A stretch of DNA of 64,000 nucleotides from Fistulifera solaris (taxonomy: Eukaryota): assembly GCA_030295235.1 (NCBI GenBank), contig AP026129.1, positions 124,001 to 188,000 of the forward strand, in the 5' to 3' direction. This document shows, piece by piece, positions 36,488 to 51,322 of this stretch (positions are counted from its first letter, which is position 1; each line of letters starts with the position of its first letter). The notes under the pieces were generated by a model. The model ran no database searches. It worked only from the letters and a program-made list of their open reading frames with translations, and was not told the DNA's origin. Both the position numbers and the translations under genes were made by a program.

Positions 36488-39400
36488 ATGGCGCCTTTCG
36501 TTCAAGCAACTTCAAAAAAGCGGTCCTTGCTTGGAGTTCCCATAGTTGCTGCTCCAACAGAGACGTCACAAAGACTAGCTGATCTGCTTTCCGAGGCGGA
36601 ACCAAAAACGAAAAAGAGAAAGCCGTCAACTGCATATGCACCAAAATCGACCAATGACAACAAACTACAAAATCATCATGCTTGGTCTAAGTGGTCGCAA
36701 AAGACAAAGTTGGGAGCTTCTGGGTCGCTTCGATTAGATACGTCTCTCCAGGGACTTGAGGGGTTGGGAGGAAAACCGGAAAAATCACAGAAAACTATAC
36801 CGCCTGTCATCATCAAGTCGACAAAGTCTCAAACATCCAAAGCAGCTCTCATAAGCAAAACAGACCCACGAAACAGGGAAAGAGAAAATGAAAATCAAAA
36901 GAACAAAAAGGAAGTTTTGGCTGTAAAGGCGAGTGTAGATGCTGCACTTGTACGTGACAGCGCTTTCCATCAGGAGAAAGCAGATCGTATCTATCCGTGC
37001 AAGCGCATTTCCGCCATGTCAAAAGGAACGGCTAAAGTCAATCTTGCTTTACGTGCACGTTCATCAGTTTCTCAGCCAAAGAACGTAGAGGGAATTCGCA
37101 GTCGTTACCTGGGACTCGTCACCACCGATAGCCCGTCAGAGGTAATTCCTCAACGATTCGATCACCCTGACGAGCATTCATCACCCGTCGTTGACTCGTA
37201 CCCGTCCAAGAATACTGACTCCACCGAAAGTCACAATGCAACTAAACAGGAGGATCCCTTGTCGGATCTCTTGGCATTGGTCAACAGCACTGAGAATATC
37301 CCACCTCCATCAACTGTGCGTGAAGTCCACAACTCCGAGAGGATAATTCCTGCGGCTTGTATGGAAATACCAAGGCCCAACACAGCTACGGAGAATGAAG
37401 CCGCAACTAAAACGACTTTAAATGACAACTTTGTGCGTCTGAATTTAAAGAATGGTGCAGGAGCATGCCGAGGAGCAAGAAACAAAAAGGCGTTACGAAA
37501 GGCCGCCGTCATTCATCGACAACGGCTAGAGCGGACTAAAGCTCCAATCGATCAAAGAACTCCACCAGGTGTCGAAGCTGTGGTTGTTTGTCAGTCAAGA
37601 ACAGGCGTCGACCCTTTGGATGACCTACTGGATGGAACGTATAAAGTTGCTAACAGCAAAAGCAAAAAATCACGACGCGGAGCTGCGCCCTGTTGTTCCG
37701 GTCATCAACAGCCCTGCAAACTTATCACCGTGAAGAAGAACACTCGTGGGAACAAAGGTAGAAAATTCTATGGGTGCTCCTTTCCCCGTGGAGAGCAATG
37801 TGATCATTTTGAATGGGCGGATGACACTCAGGAGGTGAGCAGACTTGCGACGGCCAGTTTCATTGTGGTATGCATTCTCTTATGTCGTTTCTTCTTTTAG
37901 GCTATCAATGCTGCGCTTCAAAACAACGATTCGACTTCGGGCTTTATCGCGCGGCAGGTTACAGGATATGTAAATCAAATTCGTTCCTTTACTGTTCCAG
38001 AATTGCGAACCCTGACAGAGAAGCACAGGTTACCAAAGACCGGCAATAGAGCGGAATTGCTGGCGAGACTTGCGATCTGGGCGCGCGACGAAATTGCAAA
38101 GGAACAGAAGACTGGCAAAAAGCGAATCCAGTCAGCTCAAAAAGGTGGAAAACGTGTCACTGAATACGAAGGATCCTGTGACGGGAAAAGACTTCGAAAA
38201 CGCCGACGGGTCAATACGTGGAGCTTCCTCAGAGGTTATGTCGAAAACAGAGGAAGAAGACAACAACGATGATGATGACGATGTCCACAGCTTTTTCTCG
38301 TCCGAGGACGAACTTGAAATTGTGAACTATTCAAAGACCGTGCCTGACTGTGGACACGAATCTGGAGGTGATGGCGGACTTCCAAATACTTTCTTGAACG
38401 AAAGTAATTGTCGCATTTTGTCTGCTCTTCAAAATACTTTTGGTTTTAGCTCCTTTCGAGAAGGCCAAGAGTGGGCAATCAGACGATGCCTCGATAAGAA
38501 AAAATCGTGTTTCGTCGCACCTACTGGTTTTGGCAAATCACTTTGCTACACACTTCCTGCTACTCTGATGGATGGCGTTTGCATTGTTGTATCACCGCTG
38601 GTATCGCTGATGGAAGATCAACTCCGTCTACTACCTCCACGTATTCCTGCTGCTACACTATCTGGTTCTTTGTCCGCTTCGACCATGACGGCCACGGTCG
38701 ACGACATCATGCGTGGAAGAATAAAAATAGTGTTTGTGTCCCCAGAGAGGTTGACAAGTCCCTCCTTTCGACGCATGTTCTTGCCTACCTGGAATGCCGC
38801 GGAAAATCGCTTTGATCGGCGTTTCCCAGATGTTTCTTTACTCTGCGTGGATGAGGCTCATTGTATGAGCCAGTGGGCGCATAATTTCAGGCCGTCTTAT
38901 ATGAGACTAGCTACGATGTTAGAAATCATACAACCAAAGAGTGTTTTGGCTATGACGGCAACAGCTGGTCCTCGCGTCGTCGATGATATATGTCGCTCGT
39001 TGAGCATTATCGCACCAAGCGAAGGGGTTGATTTATCAGAGGCGGTACATATAATGTCGTCTGATCGAGATAACATAAATGTCGAGAGCATCTTTTGTCT
39101 TCGCAGGAGGAACGGTTATCGAAGGTAGGATTTTTCGCAGTATCTATCAGTTTCCTGATGTCGCTTTCCTCACTTTTTGACCGTTGGCAGTTAATCGATA
39201 TACTTTCTCCAGTCTATAAATCGGAGCAGCGCAAATCGCCTCTGAATGGTCAGCTCGCTAACGGCAGTGTAATTGTGTATGTATGGCGTCAGCGGGATGC
39301 GGAAGCTGTTGCCGAAAGTATAGTCACCGCAGGCGTGGAGGGCGGTGTAGTATTTTATCATGGCGGTATGAGTTCCGACGCTCGTAGTCGTTCACAAAGC

Positions 39401-40855
39401 AAGGTAAGCCCCAGCGGCGCTTTTTTGAGACGAAAACTATTCGGGTTTCTAACAACTACTGGCATGAAGTTCATGAGAGGAAAAGCTCGCATTTGTGTCG
39501 CAACTATAGCTTTCGGATTGGGTATAAACAAGGCTGATGTAGCTGGTGTGATTCACATGTATCTTTCTGCTTCACCAGAGCATTATGTGCAGGAGATTGG
39601 ACGCGCTGGTCGCGATGGACGCCCGGCGAAAGCGATAGCACTCGTATTAAACGACGAAGTAAGCGTTCGAAATTCTCTCGCGCACTCGGATCTCATTTCC
39701 AAAACACAGATACTTGGATTGCTGAAAACATTGCAATCCCTTGTGTTAGCCGCAACTTCTAAGTTGTCGAAGCCTAGAGAAACGCTCAACGTTTCTGTTC
39801 CATTGCAGGACACTGTTCTCTCCACTGACATGAAATTCGAAACTATTGAAACGATACTCTCTCTTTTGGAGGGACGTGCGAAAAGGAGCCTTCTCCTTGT
39901 TCACGGAGTTTCTTATGACAAGGCGGTCGTATCGCCGAATCATATGAACCTGTCACGCCTAAGTGAAAAAGAGCCGGTTGTTAGATCACTCCGATCTTGT
40001 GCAACGTGTCTAGAGTTGCCTGTTATTAATACGGAATCGGATTCCATATTACACTCAATGCCGATGAGTCTTGGTAACCACTATTCGGGGTCGAGTTTTG
40101 GCACGTACGCATTTTCGGTATCGGATTGTAGCAACATATTGGGAGAGACTGCGGAACCTCGGCACGTTTATGCTGCTTTCCGCAGACTAGAAGCCTCGGG
40201 TGATATGAAACTATCTCTTGACACATCACCGAGAGGACGTGCGCTAGGTATCACTGTGACCAAGGCAGGCATTGACGTTTTTACTGATATGACAACGGCC
40301 GCGTTGGAAGATCTTGCAAGCGAGCTCTTTAATCAAATCGCCACCACGATCTTTGCAAATGCCCAAAAAGTTCTCGACATAGATTTTATACTGCGTGAAG
40401 TCAGTAAGAAAGATTCGTCATCTGATATCGACCAACGCAAGTCATCGAAATCCCCCAGCCTGGAACATTTTCAGGAGCTTGTAGGACAATATTTCTGTGC
40501 ATGCGGCTCGAACTCCCTCATCCCATCAGATGGAGGTGGTACAGCTTGTTTTCATGGGGTGCCAGCGGCGAAAACTCTCCAAGAACATTGTGAAACTGTC
40601 TACCGCTTTTTGATGGAAATGGAAAGTTTTCGTGGAGAAACTAGAATTGTTCAGCTGGGAGACTTTGCGAGCAAAGATTATACGTTGCTTGCTATTACAA
40701 AATTCCTTCACGGTATCCCCTCGGCTTCGTACCGATTGAATAACCTCCGTGCCCATCACCTTTTTGGACAATTGCAGCAAACGCACTTCAACCAACTGCT
40801 AAATGCGTTGCGCGATTTTTTTTTGAAAAGGTGGACATTGATCCGATATTCATAG
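36488..40855 (+). CDS. RECQL4: RecQL4-like ATP-dependent DNA helicase with GRF zinc finger and SAP motif; introns 37835-37900, 39125-39190, 39404-39469; frameshifts near 38120 and 39095
   Basis: NDNFVRLNLK (RecQ4/Sld2-like), GRF-ZF C.GH..C....VKK...NKGRKFYGC......CDHFEWAD, SAP LTVPELR...RLPKTGNRAELLARL, FG...FREGQE, APTGFGKS, SPL..LM.DQ, VDEAHC.SQW.HNFRPSY, MTATA, YHGG, ATIAFGLGINK, QEIGRAGRDG. Confidence 0.88.
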
Positions 40856-40901
40856 AATGATGATTACCATGATAAATAAAATACATAAGAAAAAAATGAT
40901 T

Positions 40902-42943
40902 TTAGCCGTCGTTATCCTTGATAGCCGTTGGAAGCACATCATCTGTTGAAGGTTGCGGCGCCACATGTAGTGCCACTTTTTGGACAAGCTGCTCCGTGTT
41001 ATTAACACATTTGTTAAGATGATTCATCGCTCCAGGAGACGAGTGCATGCTAGGCGCGTTAGAGACATCCTGTAGGGCTACCTGTTGCTCGGCCGCTGAC
41101 GCATCGACAGCGGCATCGAAACGAACCCGATTAATACGTATACACCTACAAGGGCCACTCGACACAAAAGCATCAAAGTCAGGTTTGTACACCGGATTCG
41201 TTAGCGCACCAATTCCTAACACCGACCAAGACCCCAAGTCTGTGCGGAACTTTTCTTCGCCGACAAACACAGTGACTTTTCCCGAGAGAAGTAATGTACA
41301 AACATCCGTTTCTTCGCCTTTCGTGTACAACAAAGTCCGAGGCAGATCTTGTCCGATTTCTCTTTCTACCTCAGGTAACGTGATCACCTGAGATCCTGAC
41401 ACTAGTAGTTCTGCTTGTCGATTGCTAAGGAGTTCCCAAGTGCTAAAGTGATTCCGTTGCAAGTGAGCGGTGATGGCCCTTGTTTCTTCGACCGATAATC
41501 TTTCGTCCACTAATTTAGAGTCCAACAAGCGAAGACGTGCCCACTCGAATACATCTGTACGCGTCACGAGCTCCGTATGCGTACCATCTACGAAAGCATC
41601 TGTTTCGTCGACAATTTCGTCACCAAGTATCTCTTCGATGATATCCTCCAACGTAATGATGCCTTTGACCTCATAAAACGGATCCTGATCCTCGTCCTCA
41701 TTGTTGACATCCCGAACCAGCGCCATATGCGTGCGTCCTGTTTTCAGTTCACGCAAAACATCACCGAGTTTATCATCAGGCCAAACCGTGTTGAGCGACC
41801 GTCCAAATATGTTGATGACATCTGATACCCGCGTATCATCTTCGGGATCCACGAAAATAAGGTCCTTGACCAAAAGTAGTCCAATGACATTATTCTACGT
41901 CACAAAAAAGAAACGCGTTTAGTGGCCCGACCCCACAAATTCAAATTCAATAGCAAAACGACGACGACAACGAACGACAAATTACTTACTCGATTGACTT
42001 CATAGATCGGTATTCGCGAATAGCCCGTCTTGAATATATTCGAGATAGTTTGAAAGTTAAGTTTCTCATCGACAGAAAGCATGAATGTATTGGCAATCGG
42101 TGTCATGACTTGCTTAACGGGGATGTTTTTGAACAAAAGTGCCCCCGTCATGGTGTTGGCCGTCTCCTTGTCCAGAGCATTTTCCTCCACATGTATTTCC
42201 AGTATCTTTCGTATTTCCGAACTACTGTAAATAGTAGCCAGTTCAGTTCCCAAAGTATAATCTAGAGAAAGAGCCAGAGGTTTGGTGATGGGATAGAGAA
42301 GCACCATGACGACCCGAACAAGAGGTACGGTCATACTCCCCACTCGCAATCCGTATCGACTGCAAAACGCTTGAGGTGCAATCTCACCAAAAATGACAAT
42401 AATAAATGTCGAGGCAAAGAAACCCACCAGTCCTCCCGCTTTGTCAGCTAATAAAATGGATAAGAGAGCATTTACAGCGACATTTCCCCAAACCAAAGTA
42501 CACAACAGCAAGTTCCCATCTTGACGAATGGGGTAGATTTTCTTGGCATACTCGGCCGCTTGACGGTCTTCTCCCGACATGACAATTTCGAGCCCGGTGA
42601 TATCAAGACTCATGAGACCAAGCGTTAAACCGCTAAATACAGCGGACATGACAATCAACAGTACAATAAGAATGATTTGTATAGCGAGGGGCAGAAAGTT
42701 TAGAGGGTTCCCTGAAGGACATTCTTGCTGATATTGCTGACAACAGGCTTCTGTACATGTTTCCTCTGTATCTTGTAGAAGACGCGTGACTCTTAGATGT
42801 TGAGATGAAACAATGTCGGCTTGACTTGTTCGTTTTTCGAAACAAGAAAAGAGAGTCGTGGGAATGGCGGCCGCAATCAACATGACAAAAACGAAACGAC
42901 AAGTAACGTTCTTTTTTTTCGTGCGCTTGTGCTGTATCGTCAT
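40902..42943 (-). CDS. CNNM/CorC-family Mg2+ transporter (DUF21 + CBS pair + cNMP-binding-like), copy A; intron 41895-41989
   Basis: FSGLTLGLMSLD, LLCTL..GNVAVN, FGEIAPQA (DUF21); VMTP, GYSRIPIY, HMALV, GIITLEDIIEEILG.EI.DETD (CBS); LLLSGKV.V..G (CNBH). Confidence 0.92.
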
Positions 42944-43372
42944 TCAGAATCAGTATATACTTTATTTGAGACACTTTTCTTGTGCGTTTGGTGACTTCGA
43001 TAATACCTGTTATCAATCAATCCAAAACAACAAGGAAAAAAGGATCGATCATCTCGCAAACACCCGTAACAACTTGTCACGATTCACGATAGATTAATGG
43101 TGTGCGCGTGCAAAGCGTGTCTTCTCTACTTGGATTTGGGATATTTCGAAGTATTCAAGACTGACTATCAGTCATGAATGTAAATATCATGTACCCGGTA
43201 CCGGTACCGGTACCGGTAGAATCATGTGTTCAGGATTGCGAATAAGCCCGAGACAAATTGGCATGAACTCCCTTTTAGTTCGTGACGATTTGTTAGCAGA
43301 GGTACAGGAGGGCATGTTGGCTGCATTGAAATCACTGTCTTAGAAAGAAGCAGATGAACCTCGACCTTGTCC

Positions 43373-45234
43373 CTAAAACTTGACCGCGGACGCATCGACA
43401 GCAGCATCGAAACGAGCCCGAGTAATACGTATACACCTACAAGGGCCACTCGACACAAAAGCATCAAAGTCAGGTTTGTACACCGGATTCGTTAGCGCAC
43501 CAATTCCTAACACCGACCAAGACCCCAAGTCTGTGCGGAACTTTTCTTCGCCGACAAACACGGTGACTTTTCCCGAAAGAAGTAATGTACAAACATCCGT
43601 TTCTTCGCCTTTCGTGTACAACAAAGTCCGAGGCAGATCTTGTCCGATTTCTCTTTCTACCTCGGGTAACGTGATCACCTGAGATCCTGACACTAGTAGT
43701 TCTGCTTGTCGATTGCTAAGGAGTTCCCAAGTGCTAAAGTGATTCCGTTGCAAGTGAGCGGTGATGGCCCTTGTTTCTTCGACCGATAATCTTTCGTCCA
43801 CTAATTTAGAGTCCAACAAGCGAAGACGTGCCCACTCGAATACATCTGTACGCGTCACGAGCTCCGTATGCGTACCATCTACGAAAGCATCTGTTTCGTC
43901 GACAATTTCGTCACCAAGTATCTCTTCGATGATATCCTCCAACGTAATGATGCCTTTGACCTCATAAAACGGATCCTGATCCTCGTCCTCATTGTTGACA
44001 TCCCGAACCAGCGCCATATGCGTGCGTCCTGTTTTCAGTTCACGCAAAACATCACCGAGTTTATCATCAGGCCAAACCGTGTTGAGCGACCGTCCAAATA
44101 TGTTGATGACATCTGATACCCGCGTATCATCTTCGGGATCCACGAAAATAAGGTCCTTGACCAAAAGTAGTCCAATGACATTATTCTACGTCACAAAAAA
44201 GAAACGCGTTTAGTGGCCCGACCCCACAAATTCAAATTCAATAGCAAAACGACGACGACAACGAACGACAAATTACTTACTCGATTGACTTCATAGATCG
44301 GTATTCGCGAATAGCCCGTCTTGAATATATTCGAGATAGTTTGAAAGTTAAGTTTCTCATCGACAGAAAGCATGAATGTATTGGCAATCGGTGTCATGAC
44401 TTGCTTAACGGGGATGTTTTTGAACAAAAGTGCCCCCGTCATGGTGTTGGCCGTCTCCTTGTCCAGAGCATTTTCATTCACGTGTATTTCGAGCATTTTT
44501 CGAATCTCCGAGCTGCTGTATATCGTGGCAAGCTCAGCGCCTAGGGCAATATCCAGTGAAAACGCCAGCGGCTTGGTGACAGGATACATGATAAACATAA
44601 TGACGCGAACAAGTGGAACCGTCATACTCCCAATTCTCAACCCGTGTCGACTGCAAAAAGCTTGAGGAGCAATCTCACCAAAAATGACAATGAGAAAGGT
44701 CGATGCAATAAATCCTACGATGCCTCCCGCTTTATCTGCCAGTAATATCGATAAGAGAGTATTTACTGCCACATTTCCCAAGAGCAAAGTACACAGTAAA
44801 AGGTTCCCATCTTGGCGGACAGGATAGATTTTCTTGGCATACTCGGCATTTTGTCTGTCCTCTCCTGACATGACGATTTCGAGTCCGGTGATATCGAGAC
44901 TCATAAGACCAAGCGTTAAACCACTGAATAGAGCAGACATACTGAGCAAAACAACAATAAGAATGATTTGTATAGCGAGGGGCAGAAAGTTTAGAGGGTT
45001 CCCTGAAGGACATTCTTGCTGATATTGCTGACAACAGGCTTTTGTACATGTTTCCTCTGTATCTTGTAGAAGACGCGTGACTCTTAGATGTTGAGATGAA
45101 ACAATGTCGGCTTGACTTGTTCGTTTTTCGAAACAAGAAAGGAGAATCGTGGGAATGGCGGCCGCAATCAACATGACTAAAAAGCATCGATGATAAGCGT
45201 CATTTTGTTTCGTGCGCTTGAGCTGTATCGTCAT
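43373..45234 (-). CDS. CNNM/CorC-family Mg2+ transporter, tandem copy B; intron 44186-44280; different, shorter C-terminus
   Basis: Same motifs as copy A at a constant offset of 2291 nt. Stops at AVKF*; a one-base change would extend the frame to 43222. Confidence 0.9.
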
Positions 45235-45689
45235 TCAGAATCGATAATTGTCAGGACAAGTTACGGAGTTTGTAGAATTGATGGTAAGCCAAGTAGATGA
45301 TTTTCAGAGATTGGTTTTTTGAAAAGATGGAGCAATTATGTAGTAAGGTGATGCTCAAATTTGCAGGTGACAAAGGAGAAAATGCAACGAAAAACGCTTT
45401 GCAGCAGATCGCGAAGATCGCAAGAAGTTGTTGTTGGCGGTTCCGGTACCGGTACCCGGTACCTGGTACAAGCTACAAGGTACAAGTAGCTCTGTTGTTC
45501 GCGGACAGACATATATTTGTGCAGACAAACAACAGTCGTAAACATAGTACTGGTACCGGTACCTGGCACAGCAATAAAATAATGGATTCCGCTGTCCGCT
45601 GCAAATAATAAAAACGTAATTGTACATTGGGTAAATGGATAGTAACTCCTTTGTCTTCCTCTGATATCGTTTGACAACTACCAGCATAG

Positions 45690-47016
<1,327 letters not shown>

Positions 47017-47075
47017 CTGACATTTTCAAATTAATGATCTTTTATGTACAGACTTATCTGTGTAGAGACAGGCGA

Positions 47076-48379
47076 TCATTGAAGCGTCAAAAGGCTTATC
47101 TCACTATTGCCCTCGTACTTTACGGATGATGAGACGACGCGATAGCCCAAGTCTTGTGCTAATGCTATTGATGTTTTCAATAAATAGTCGTTTCGGAGTG
47201 GAGATTTCTGGAATGCTAGAGCTTTTCCTCCCCACAATGTCGCTGGTGATTGTAGCGTCAGGCTAAATGTAGCTCCGGAAGCACTCCCTGGAATAGCCGA
47301 GGCTATCTTTACTTCAGCTACTCCATCGAAAGCGTAGCCGTTAATCAAAAACAACTTTATCTGTAGGACGAAGGTAGATGATAAGATATTCTACACGCAA
47401 GGTAGGGAGAAGTTGAACGCACGATCATGGTCTACTCACAAGTTGAGAGAGGGATGCCATTATTTCATCTAAGCAGACACAACGATGACAGGCCAACACA
47501 TGAAGGGTGTGAGACGCAATGATTGCGAAACATTCCCAACACCAAATCCATTCTTGAAGCAAAACTTACCAGCTCCTGGCCGACTACCATTAAGGAACTT
47601 TGGAAGCGATGATGGCGAATCTCCAAAGGTTTCATTGAGTTTGTCCAAAATCTTCTTTCCAACCCTTTCGTTGTGTTCGGAGAGCAGACGGTCGTTGGTG
47701 ATGGACGGATCCCGTCGCACGATAACCTTTACAAATTCATTCGGAACATCATCACCTTTGTTGATGGCTTGCTGTTCTTCAAACACCACAGGAGGATCGT
47801 TAATCAATATTCGATTGATAGTAAGATATTGAGCGAACGAAATGAAATCAAAATAATATGGATCGGTCAAATCCCCTTGCGAAACCAATCCAGGTCCCAG
47901 GTCGTTGACATACGGTTCATATTCTGCCGAACGAATGAGAAAAAAGTCTCGTTGAAATTGATCCATGGGAACAATATCCAGTTCATCTGTAAATAGCAGG
48001 TGGAAAATTAAGTAACGCCCAAAGAAGCTTATCGGCAATCGGCACGCTCCCACCTACCTGTCACGGCATAAGACGATCTCATCAGCGATACAGCAAAATC
48101 CAAATTTAATTTTTGTCGAAGAATGCGGGGAGGTTTGGGTCGGAATCTTCGCAACGTTTGGGCTCCAAGATTTTGTGTTTCGCCTAAAGTTATTGGTGCT
48201 GCCACAGCTTGAGCCGCTTGTGGATTGGTGAGGAGTAAGGCTCCGGGTAGAGCAGCGTTTGACGTTACCCGAAACAGAAAATTCCGACGATTTTGGCCAC
48301 CGGGGATATCGTAACCGTAGCACACATCAAAGTAGCAAAAAAGCAGCGAAATCAGCAATCGAAAAAGGTCTTTCGTCAT
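47076..48379 (-). CDS. Multi-exon plastid/thylakoid-targeted protein of unknown function
   Basis: Signal peptide, RRNFL twin-arginine motif and AQA cleavage site; spliced core FAVSLMRSSYAVT/DELDIVPMDQFQRDFFLIRSAEYEPY..QGDLTDPYYFDFISFAQY; about three GT-AG introns, boundaries approximate. Confidence 0.65.
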
Positions 48380-48734
48380 AATAGCTATTTTATATAACAC
48401 GAGCTGATAATTAGACGCTTCGCATCGCATGAGCAGGAGTTATTTGTTTTCTCGTTATGCTCATTGCCATCGTCGCCACCGTCGGCTTATTCACTTCATT
48501 TTTTCATCACACGTCACAAACAAAGAGACCCGGAGGTTAAGGGATCGCGGTTGTCTTTCTGTCGTCAGTCTTTCATGGGATGCAGCAAGACCGCCACCGC
48601 CACGCGGCATTCAACGCAACAAGGCAAAAAGTTGTTGCTTTGTTGGTGTACCAGTACCAGGTACCAGGTACTGCATTATTTATTCGATTGCTCTCTTTCG
48701 AGTTCATTATTAAAGTAATTCAACGAACAGGACC

Positions 48735-49047
48735 ATGGATTACGAAGGCCAGAAACTCGCAGAATTAATATTTTACATTATCATACTGACCTTCGGGTGC
48801 ATCGGATGGGTAATTGGTTACTTTCAGGAAGATTTCACCGTAGTATTTCAAGCTTGGCTGGCCGGAGTCGTCCTCTCTGTGATTGTAAGTGGCTTGTCAG
48901 ATTGACGTTACCTAGTTGTCGTGTTCCTTTCATTTTTCTGACTTTTTAAAACAGCTCTGTGTTCCAGATTGGCCGTTCTATAACCGACATCCTATCAAGT
49001 GGTTGGAATCTGTGCCCGATCGAAGGCAACACGCGAAATCATCGTAA
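48735..49047 (+). CDS. SPCS1: Signal peptidase complex subunit 1 (Spc12); intron 48885-48954; absent from the ORF track
   Basis: Spliced product MDYEGQKLAELIFYIIILTFGCIGWVIGYFQEDFTVVFQAWLAGVVLSVI/LCVPDWPFYNRHPIKWLESVPDRRQHAKSS*. Confidence 0.93.
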
Positions 49048-49881
49048 AGAACAATGCCGCCGCACACACACTGCCTAGGTTACATTCTTTTTCTTGGATT
49101 TTTGACGAAGAGTTGTAAAAGCAGCTGATCAAGTTGCCTCGAAATGACAAAGCGTTTACATGGTCTGTTGCTTATCCGCACCTATGGTTTCAGTGATGTT
49201 AGCTTGACAAAACTTGTAGGTGGCGGATGTAATTAACTAAATATTATAGCAAGAGGAATAAGCTGGTTGACGACGTTGTGGATGTTTTTTAAGCTGAAAG
49301 TTATCGTTTTGAAACCTGTTTGTAGGTTCGTATTAAATTTTCAGGCGTCGAGACAAGACGGATGTGTGAAGATGATGAATGATCGGATTCAATCTGGTGC
49401 CTTGAGAAATTTTTTCTACGCATTTTGAGCGATAAGCACAGGATAAGCTTTTCATATTATTTCAAAAACTAGGCCGTTGCGAATTTTTTCGCTGGGGCTC
49501 TATCTTCCATCGTCATTATTTGAGACTTGTATCCAGCCTCAATCCCTCATACTATTCCCGGATGATAGTATTCATGCAAGTTGCGATGAACTCCCGTTTT
49601 CCAAAATAGTTTTTCGGGACCTTAGCCCACTTCCTTTCATGCTTGATAATATGCTGCACAGATTCGTCCCAGCGCATGATCCATAGGCTGTAGCGTTTCT
49701 CCTCATTCAAACGGCAAGTCAAGTCGACAGCAATAATCTCATCTCCGATAGGTACGAAAACCAACTACCAACTAAATAGCAATATATAATGAATAAAATC
49801 GTTCTAAGCGATATCTTATGAAATCTGATGTTCGAATGCAATAGGTCAAGCGCAAATTCGGGACAGAGAGTCCACCCGTAG

Positions 49882-51322
49882 CTAATGCCCCAAGTCTTCG
49901 CCTTTCTGTACAGAAGGATAGATTACTCCCAAGGTACCTACAATCACCATAAGGTTTCCCACCCAACCCATCGGTCCAGGGAGCTCGCCGACGCCCACTG
50001 CAACTGCAATCAGAGTGGCAATCATTGGTTCAAGTAATGTTGCGACGGCAATGACAATATTCTCAAAGTGCTTCATAGCTCGCACAAACCCCATCGTTCC
50101 AACTACATTACAGATCAAAGCAATGTAAGACAAGACAAGAATTCGACTGTGTAATAAATTGGCCCATCCGAAAAGACCAAAGTAAGGATCGTTGTTCCAT
50201 TGAATGTCGACTCGTGTTATGAGCATAAAAAGAAGAACCAGAAACGAACCACAGAACATGATCATAAACATGAAAACAGTCACAGGAAGGTCGGCTCGAA
50301 GGACTTTGGCAAAAGTCAAGTATCCTACTCCCATGATTCCCGATCCAAGCGCCAGTAGATCACCCATGGCTGCGGAAGCGGCAGTATCGTTGACGTTGGT
50401 GTTTTCCGCCGACTCGCGGGCTTCGTCCGTGGAACAGAGCATGCACCCCATAAATGCCAGAACGACTCCCCCAGCTTCCATTGGAAGAACCGATTCTCCG
50501 ACAAGGAATTTACCTAATATCAGTAGAATCGCCTGTGAATTGGCACTGCAAGCGGGCAAGCGAAGAGCACATTAAGTGAGAGGCACATTTTCGAGATTCG
50601 TAATTGAATGTTTTCGTGCCAAGCAACCTACCCAATGACAGCATTCCCAATGGACGTAAGCTCGAGTGCCAGAACTAATAGCAGAGCGTAACACGTGAAC
50701 GAAATGCAAGCCGCAGCAAACGTAACCCAGAGTGCTCCATTTAGGTGAGGCAGACCTTTCTTGCGAATAGTTTTGCACACAAACGGCAATAAGACAATAC
50801 ACGTGCATATCATCCGCCAGTACAGTTTCAAAGGTGGAGGTACATTGTCGAGAAGGGCTAGTGCAGTTCCATTCGAAGATACACTCAAGACTGCCGCCAC
50901 CAACCCCACCGCGGGTAAGAATGCGTTCTTTCCGATTGAACTTGTATACCAACCGCTTCCTCTACCAAATCCGGTATCGTTTCTGGTACAACGGACAAAG
51001 AACGCGTCATCGACATGTCTAAAAAATAAGTTTTCCCTTCATCTGCATCACGAAGTTCTTGCTCCCATGTGGCGCGAAGCAATTCCGCTTCCAATTCAAT
51101 GCCTTCTTGAATTCCGATCAATCCGTGTCCCAAACTCCCCGAAAAGGACTGAAAGAGTTCCCCGAAAGATGCCCGTTGTCGGTGACGCCGTCCTTCGTGT
51201 CGTTGTCCTGCGGGGATACCGACAAACAATGATTGTGTCTGACGATGGTTTCGTTTCGGGGGCGCGTGCAGCGGATGCAATAAAGCATCTTTCTCACTTA
51301 ATGATTGTTCGTCCCGTTGCAT
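49882..51322 (-). CDS. EamA/DMT-superfamily membrane transporter; intron near 50547-50627 and frameshift near 50910
   Basis: About 10 TM helices; LYWR, ALELTSIGNA, GDLLAL, VATLLEPMIAT...GELPG EamA-type motifs. Confidence 0.82.

Noticed and set aside
49400..49770. Possible transposon relic (short minus-strand ORF 49552-49764)
   Set aside because: No transposase or RT motif, terminal repeat or target-site duplication recognised.
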